Origin: Octopus bimaculoides
Lineage: Eukaryota
DNA length: 39,808 nucleotides
Assembly (NCBI RefSeq): GCF_001194135.2
Contig: NC_068985.1
Coordinates: 7,548,243-7,588,050 of the forward strand
Direction: 5' to 3'
Numbering within the stretch: position 1 is the first letter of the stretch; each line of letters begins with the position of its first letter. The position numbers and the translations under genes were made by a program. The notes under the pieces are model-generated. The model ran no database searches. It was not told where the DNA came from and saw only the letters and a list, made by a program, of their open reading frames with translations. Below are positions 34,301 through 39,808 of this stretch, piece by piece.

Positions 34301-36783
34301 ACATTAGGCAACTCTGTTTTCTTATAGCCCCAGGCCATCCAAAACCTTGTGAGTGGATTTGATTGGCAGAAACTAAAAGGAATCCTTTATTTATGTCGAG
34401 ACATGTGTTTGTGTTTCCTTGTCTTCTAACAGTTATAAATGAACCCTTACCATCCTACAAATGGTTTCATATCCAATCTTCCATGGAGATAATATCTGGC
34501 ATTGAAGAAATATTGTTTTGCTGATAAAACAAGATTAACACGAATGGCTAACAACCTTGAAAAATCCACCTCAACAAATTCTGCCTGACCCTTGCATGAG
34601 CATGGAAAAGTAGACATTAAAACTACAACAGTGTGTGGGAGAGAATAATTTCCTTTTATCGATGATTGAACCTGAATAGGGCTTTGCTAAAGTTTTTCTA
34701 ATTCTTTATATCAGATTGTTTTCTAAAGCATATCTCTTTTGATTTTGCAGGATGTTAAACTTTATCACAAAACAAGGTGCTTCTTCAGCTCAATCTTTAG
34801 GTGTTATTGGTAAGTCCACAGTTAGATTAGTTCTTGGAGATCATGTTTATTGTAATCTTAATGGTTTCTCTTTCCATGTATGTATTGGCCTTTTTTGTGG
34901 GAGGGGGGGTAGTCTGCACAATAGCAGTCTATATGCTGTCTATGTACTTATGTCCTCCTGTACATTTGTACTTAAAAGTATCAGAGGATCTTGTCTGTTA
35001 TGGATGTAGCCTTTCTCAATTATTCATAAATTAGGAAACAATACAGTTAAATTTGTTGCCGATAATGTTTCTCAAGCAAATCTAAAATGTGATAATACTA
35101 ATATATCTTTAATAAGAACTGAAGCTGCATCAAAGACAACAGCTTGCAGTAAGATTGAAATTTTGTATTCCATCAATTCTTGTTTGGTAAAATAAATAAC
35201 ATTGAAATTCTTTGGTTTGTTTAAATCAGGGCTGTAGAGTCAAAACAAAAAACTTCGACTCCGACACTATTGGCATCTCTGACTCTGACTCCTCTTTATG
35301 TAATTAAATGATTGTGGTCTACATATCTCATAAAGCGGATCTTTTTTAAAACGGGGGCCACATTTTTCATTAACGAAACACTTTGAAACTTGGAACACTG
35401 GTAGAATGTGTCATATAAAACATCTTTTTCTCTTAGTCTTCTTAAAAAAAGAAGAAATCCCTAACTTATTCCATGTTAAAGTTGTCGTATTTCTGTAATT
35501 TCAACCAATCACTGACGTCCATTCAGCCGATATACATTAAGTGCCGACTACATAAACAAACGATTCTGAAACAATTCTATCGGTGTTAGGGTTAGGGTAA
35601 AACAGCAAATTTAAAAAGAAAAAAGCAAAACGAAGCTATGGAAATTAAATACGCTTTACACCGCTTAATCAGCCAAAGGAGTAAATGTAAACAACTGAAT
35701 ACTTGTCAGTGATTGGTTGAAATTATCGAAATAAGACAATTTTTTACATGAAATAAATTCAAATACAAAAATATTTTTCTGTTCTATAACACAAAATAGA
35801 TAAGTATACGAAGTTTGAAAGTCTTTCCGTACCAAAAACATTACATAAAACATTAATGAAAAATGTGGCCCCCGTTTTAAACAAGATCCCATGAAGCATA
35901 TGCATATGCTTGTACTTTGAGTAGGCCTATATGTTATGACTGGTTTATATTAAAGAATAAAAATTTTGTGAGTTGGAATCAGAGTCGTTATAGTTTTACC
36001 GACTCCAACTCCAGCTACCCCTTAATTGTTTCCAACTCCACAGCCCTGGATTAAATCAGCTTATTATTTACGAATATAGAATGGTAAATCAGTTAACTCG
36101 CCCATTCCTGTTGTAGAATCAGCAGAGCAGCTGACAAAATGTTTATCTCATTACTTTTTGAGTGCAAATACGTTTCCTTTCATCCTTTTAAGGGTTAGGG
36201 CATAAGTACTGGGCCAATTAAATTCACTCGTCTTCTGACCTCAGAATTTTGGGTGTTTTATAAATGTTAATTAGTATTATTATTATTCAATGAAAACTTT
36301 CAGCTTATTTTGCTGGGTATGATGGAGAGTGTCAGCTGCCAGCAGACTTAACTGACTCTTGTTCACGCTTCAAAAACTTTATTATTATTATTGCCGACTT
36401 TGCCTTTCATCCTTTCGGTGTCAATAAAATTAAATATTAGTTGAGCACTAGGGGTCGATGTAATCGACTTACCCTAACACTTTCTGTAGAAGCTCTACAG
36501 AACATTCCATTCCAATCTCCTTCAACCATTTCTCTTTATCTTTACTCACAGTTCCCAACAAACCAATTTTCATAAGCGCAACCTTTACAATTTTCATATT
36601 CCAAACTCTTGCAATTTCAAAAAGAATGAACAATTCTATCACAGCAATGAACTTTTCCTCTTTTATTTCCAGCTTTGATGTACAGTGTCATTGGTGTCTT
36701 ACTGCAACTCGGCCGTGGCGTTGATGATGAAATAAATACACTAACAGCAGCTACAAGTACCGGTCTGCTTTACAAATCGTCTG
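28332..36783 (+). CDS. TIMM23: Mitochondrial import inner membrane translocase subunit Tim23, partial. Visible exons: 28332-28413, 29159-29226, 32558-32654, 34751-34809, 36673-36783. One internal exon (probably in the gap at 33124-33383) and the last exon are not visible.
   Basis: GT-AG exons translate to MDSGGDPSS...VMSPYLNFDPAYIGADSGSDFIFPEGASRQRGRLELAFSQIGGSVFA...MLNFITKQGASSAQSLGVIALMYSVIGVLLQLGRGVDDEINTLTAATSTGLLYKSS. The SPYLNxDP, RGRxELAF, TxQGA and DDxNT..A...TGxLYK motifs are typical of Tim23. Confidence 0.95.
30795..31085 (+). mobile_element. RTE-clade LINE 3' fragment (5'-truncated, degenerate)
   Basis: Encodes VERLAQVNGVQWYGHVLRR...EFEVNGQRMQGRHRKMW, the RTE C-terminal WYGHVLRR...GRPRK.W signature, and ends in a (GATG)n tail. 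Confidence 0.8.
33463..33870. repeat. 408-bp fold-back inverted repeat in a TIMM23 intron
   Basis: Arms 33463-33636 and 33696-33870 are reverse-complementary along their length (CCAACATAATGTGGCAGTCCTGGATGGG / CCCATCCAGGACTGCCACATTATGTTGG); 59-nt loop. Confidence 0.9.
35227..36048. mobile_element. hAT-like MITE (CAGGGCTGT...ACAGCCCTG) interrupted by a nested MITE
   Basis: 8-bp TSD GTTTAAAT (35219-35226) / GATTAAAT (36049-36056); subterminal GACTCC/GGAGTC repeats. Confidence 0.8.
35337..35889. mobile_element. GG-terminal MITE (Merlin-like) nested in the hAT-like MITE
   Basis: About 37-bp TIRs GGATCTTTTTTAAAACGGGGGCCACATTTTTCATTAA / TTAATGAAAAATGTGGCCCCCGTTTTAAACAAGATCC; 8-bp TSD CATAAAGC / CATGAAGC; central (TTAGGG)2 at 35586-35597. 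Confidence 0.8.
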
Positions 36784-37221
36784 GTAAGAATAATTTGCTT
36801 GTCCCATTGCAGCTCGACCAACTGTGAGCAATCCTGTTAAGTGTGTTCTTTAGGATTTGTTTTTCTAGGAGAGAAATATGTGTAGATTTCACTGATATGA
36901 TTACAGTAGAATCACTTATATTAAATGAATTAAGGAATGATATTCTTATAACAGAATGAATTGATTGCAATCAACTCTGTTCTCTTTGACCACTAATAAT
37001 AATCATTATCATCATCATTTTAATGACCATTGTCTGTGCTGGCATGGGTTGGACGGTTTGACCAGGGCTGGTAACCACTCCAAGAGTGTAATGGTTGCTT
37101 TTTACGTGCCACCGGCATGGGTGTCAATTTGCTCGACACCAGTATCTGCCACGACTGCGATTTTGTTCAGCTTGATGGGTCTTCTCAAGCACAACATAAT
37201 GCCAAAAGTCATGTCTTTGTG

Positions 37222-37404
37222 TCCGTGAGGCCCAACACTTGAAAGGAACTCAGCTACTTTGCCTCTGTGAGGCCCAACACTCGAAAGGAACTTAGCCACT
37301 TTGCCTCCATGAGACCCAACATTTGAAAGGAACTCAGCCACTTTGCCTCCGTGAGGCCCAGCACTCAAAAGAAACTCAGTCATTTTGCCTCTGTGAGGCC
37401 CAAC
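37222..37404 (+). repeat. 42-bp tandem minisatellite running into an assembly gap
   Basis: About 4.3 copies of GTGAGGCCCAACACTCGAAAGGAACTCAGCCACTTTGCCTCT abut the N gap at 37405-38336. Confidence 0.85.
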
Positions 37405-39519
37405 NNNNNNNNNNNNNNNNNNNNNNNNNNNNNNNNNNNNNNNNNNNNNNNNNNNNNNNNNNNNNNNNNNNNNNNNNNNNNNNNNNNNNNNNNNNNNNNN
37501 NNNNNNNNNNNNNNNNNNNNNNNNNNNNNNNNNNNNNNNNNNNNNNNNNNNNNNNNNNNNNNNNNNNNNNNNNNNNNNNNNNNNNNNNNNNNNNNNNNNN
37601 NNNNNNNNNNNNNNNNNNNNNNNNNNNNNNNNNNNNNNNNNNNNNNNNNNNNNNNNNNNNNNNNNNNNNNNNNNNNNNNNNNNNNNNNNNNNNNNNNNNN
37701 NNNNNNNNNNNNNNNNNNNNNNNNNNNNNNNNNNNNNNNNNNNNNNNNNNNNNNNNNNNNNNNNNNNNNNNNNNNNNNNNNNNNNNNNNNNNNNNNNNNN
37801 NNNNNNNNNNNNNNNNNNNNNNNNNNNNNNNNNNNNNNNNNNNNNNNNNNNNNNNNNNNNNNNNNNNNNNNNNNNNNNNNNNNNNNNNNNNNNNNNNNNN
37901 NNNNNNNNNNNNNNNNNNNNNNNNNNNNNNNNNNNNNNNNNNNNNNNNNNNNNNNNNNNNNNNNNNNNNNNNNNNNNNNNNNNNNNNNNNNNNNNNNNNN
38001 NNNNNNNNNNNNNNNNNNNNNNNNNNNNNNNNNNNNNNNNNNNNNNNNNNNNNNNNNNNNNNNNNNNNNNNNNNNNNNNNNNNNNNNNNNNNNNNNNNNN
38101 NNNNNNNNNNNNNNNNNNNNNNNNNNNNNNNNNNNNNNNNNNNNNNNNNNNNNNNNNNNNNNNNNNNNNNNNNNNNNNNNNNNNNNNNNNNNNNNNNNNN
38201 NNNNNNNNNNNNNNNNNNNNNNNNNNNNNNNNNNNNNNNNNNNNNNNNNNNNNNNNNNNNNNNNNNNNNNNNNNNNNNNNNNNNNNNNNNNNNNNNNNNN
38301 NNNNNNNNNNNNNNNNNNNNNNNNNNNNNNNNNNNTTTTTTTTTTTTTTTTTTTTTTTTTTTTCTTTTGTGGTTCTTCAGAAATGCACAAATATATTGGG
38401 TGTTTGAACATGGGCGAAGAGTTGACACCCAGGTCTGATTGTTACAATTTATACTAGATAAGTGTGTTTGCAAATTTGAGCAAGCAAGAATTCCAGTCAA
38501 ATTATCAGTCAATCATCGTCTTCTTTTAATGTCTGCTTTCCATGCTGGCATGAGTTGGACGGTTTGACTGAGGACTGGCGAGCCAGAAGGCTACACCAAG
38601 GCTCCAATCTGATCTGGCAATGTTTCTACAGCTGGATGCTCTTCCTAACGCCAACCACTGTGAGTGCAGTGGGTACTTTTTACATGCCACTGGCACGAGA
38701 GCCAGTGAGGTGGCACTGGCATCAGCCACGCTTGAATGGTGCTTTTTGCGTGCCACCAGCACAGGACCAGTCAGGCGCCACTGGTATTGATCACACTCGA
38801 ATAGTGCTTTTTACATGTCACTGACACAGGTGCCAATCAGGCGGTACTGGTCATTGTTATTTAAGTTCAGCTCACCATTGACTGAGCTACATTTGATGAT
38901 GGGTCCTGTTGTTTCACCCCATTCATTACCATATTTCTGTTGAAATATTTGGCTTTTGTTTCAATAATTCTTTTAAATAACAAAGAACTAAGTAAAGTGG
39001 CTTTGTCATAATTCAGCTGGCGTTTGGAACATAAATCAACAGGAAATTTTGTTGGAAGGTTATAATTTAGGTTATTTAAACAGGAAATTTGTGTTGGTGA
39101 ACATAGGTGGGTTGGCATCAAAAGGATTAAAGACCATAGAGGGAGATGTGGTTATTATTGCTAGCTAGCCAAGCAGTTATGTAGAGGTTCCATCTGCCTT
39201 CTGTAATTGTTGCCCTGATGAAATTCACTTCCTTGTTCTTGGATGCTTTTAGTAAAGTTCATCACCATTTGACATCTTTTGTCCATGCTGGCATGGGTTG
39301 GATGGTTTGACCAAGGCTGAAGGGCTGCACCAGATTCCAGTCTGATTTAGCATGGTTTCTATGGCTGTATGTCCTTTCTGACACCATTATTTGCCACGAC
39401 TAAGATTTCACTTGGCTTGATGGGTCTTCTATTCAAGCACAGCATATTCTTTTCTACAATAGGCACAAGACCCGAAAGTGTTTTCCCCTGTGGGGTTGGG
39501 CAGATGATTAGATTATAGG

Positions 39520-39808
39520 AAAGTTGGTTATACATCATTAGATGTATACCTGACTTTCATCCTCGCCAGAAATAGGGAAAGAGGGCGGCTTATAAATGCC
39601 AAAACCTACCCTGGCGAAGAATGTACCCCACAACATAGATTAGTAGTTAGCGACTTTGGGATCAAGGCAAAATGGGTGCCCAGAATTAGACAGGCTTGGA
39701 GAAGAAGGGTGTGGAAGCTTAAAGACCCTGCAAACGGACAGAGACTTAGAGACAAGTTACTTGAAGCATTTAACGAAATAGAAGGGGATATAGCATCATA
39801 CAACGTGG
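39520..39808 (+). mobile_element. RTE-like LINE fragment, C-terminal part of the APE endonuclease, continuing past the window end
   Basis: Open frame FILARNRERGRLINAKTYPGEECTPQHRLVVSDFGIKAK...VWKLKDP matches the APE C-terminal pattern (D)xIL...PGE...QHRLVV.D and the following W.LK motif of RTE LINEs. Confidence 0.8.

Noticed and set aside
37222-37404. CRISPR-like appearance of regular repeats
   Set aside because: The units are contiguous with no unique spacers, there are no cas genes, and the context is eukaryotic.
38337-38430. Poly-T + CAG followed by a short open stretch as a candidate TIMM23 last exon
   Set aside because: In the required phase it reads EMHKYIGCLNMGEELTPR, with no resemblance to the Tim23 C-terminal helix.

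Overview
AT-rich, repeat-dense eukaryotic (metazoan) genomic DNA with several N gaps. The repeat landscape looks cephalopod/octopus-like, which is an inference. Two spliced genes sit head-to-head with start codons about 480 bp apart. NAF1 (H/ACA RNP assembly factor) is on the minus strand, with 9 coding exons between 27851 and 10213 and about 706 aa reconstructed. It ends in an unusual Trp-spaced octapeptide-repeat tail. TIMM23 (mitochondrial inner-membrane translocase) is on the plus strand from 28332, with 5 visible exons, one exon probably hidden in the N gap at 33124-33383, and the last exon not seen. The rest is SINEs, MITEs, RTE-LINE and Penelope fragments, and microsatellites. The most notable non-coding signal is a Penelope-derived repeat family that joins a tRNA-like Pol III module to a 46-nt minimal type I hammerhead ribozyme with a palindromic helix III. 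There are five copies, one lying in sense inside the last NAF1 intron next to its own antisense copy. All coordinates were read by eye; repeat boundaries are approximate unless TSDs are given.
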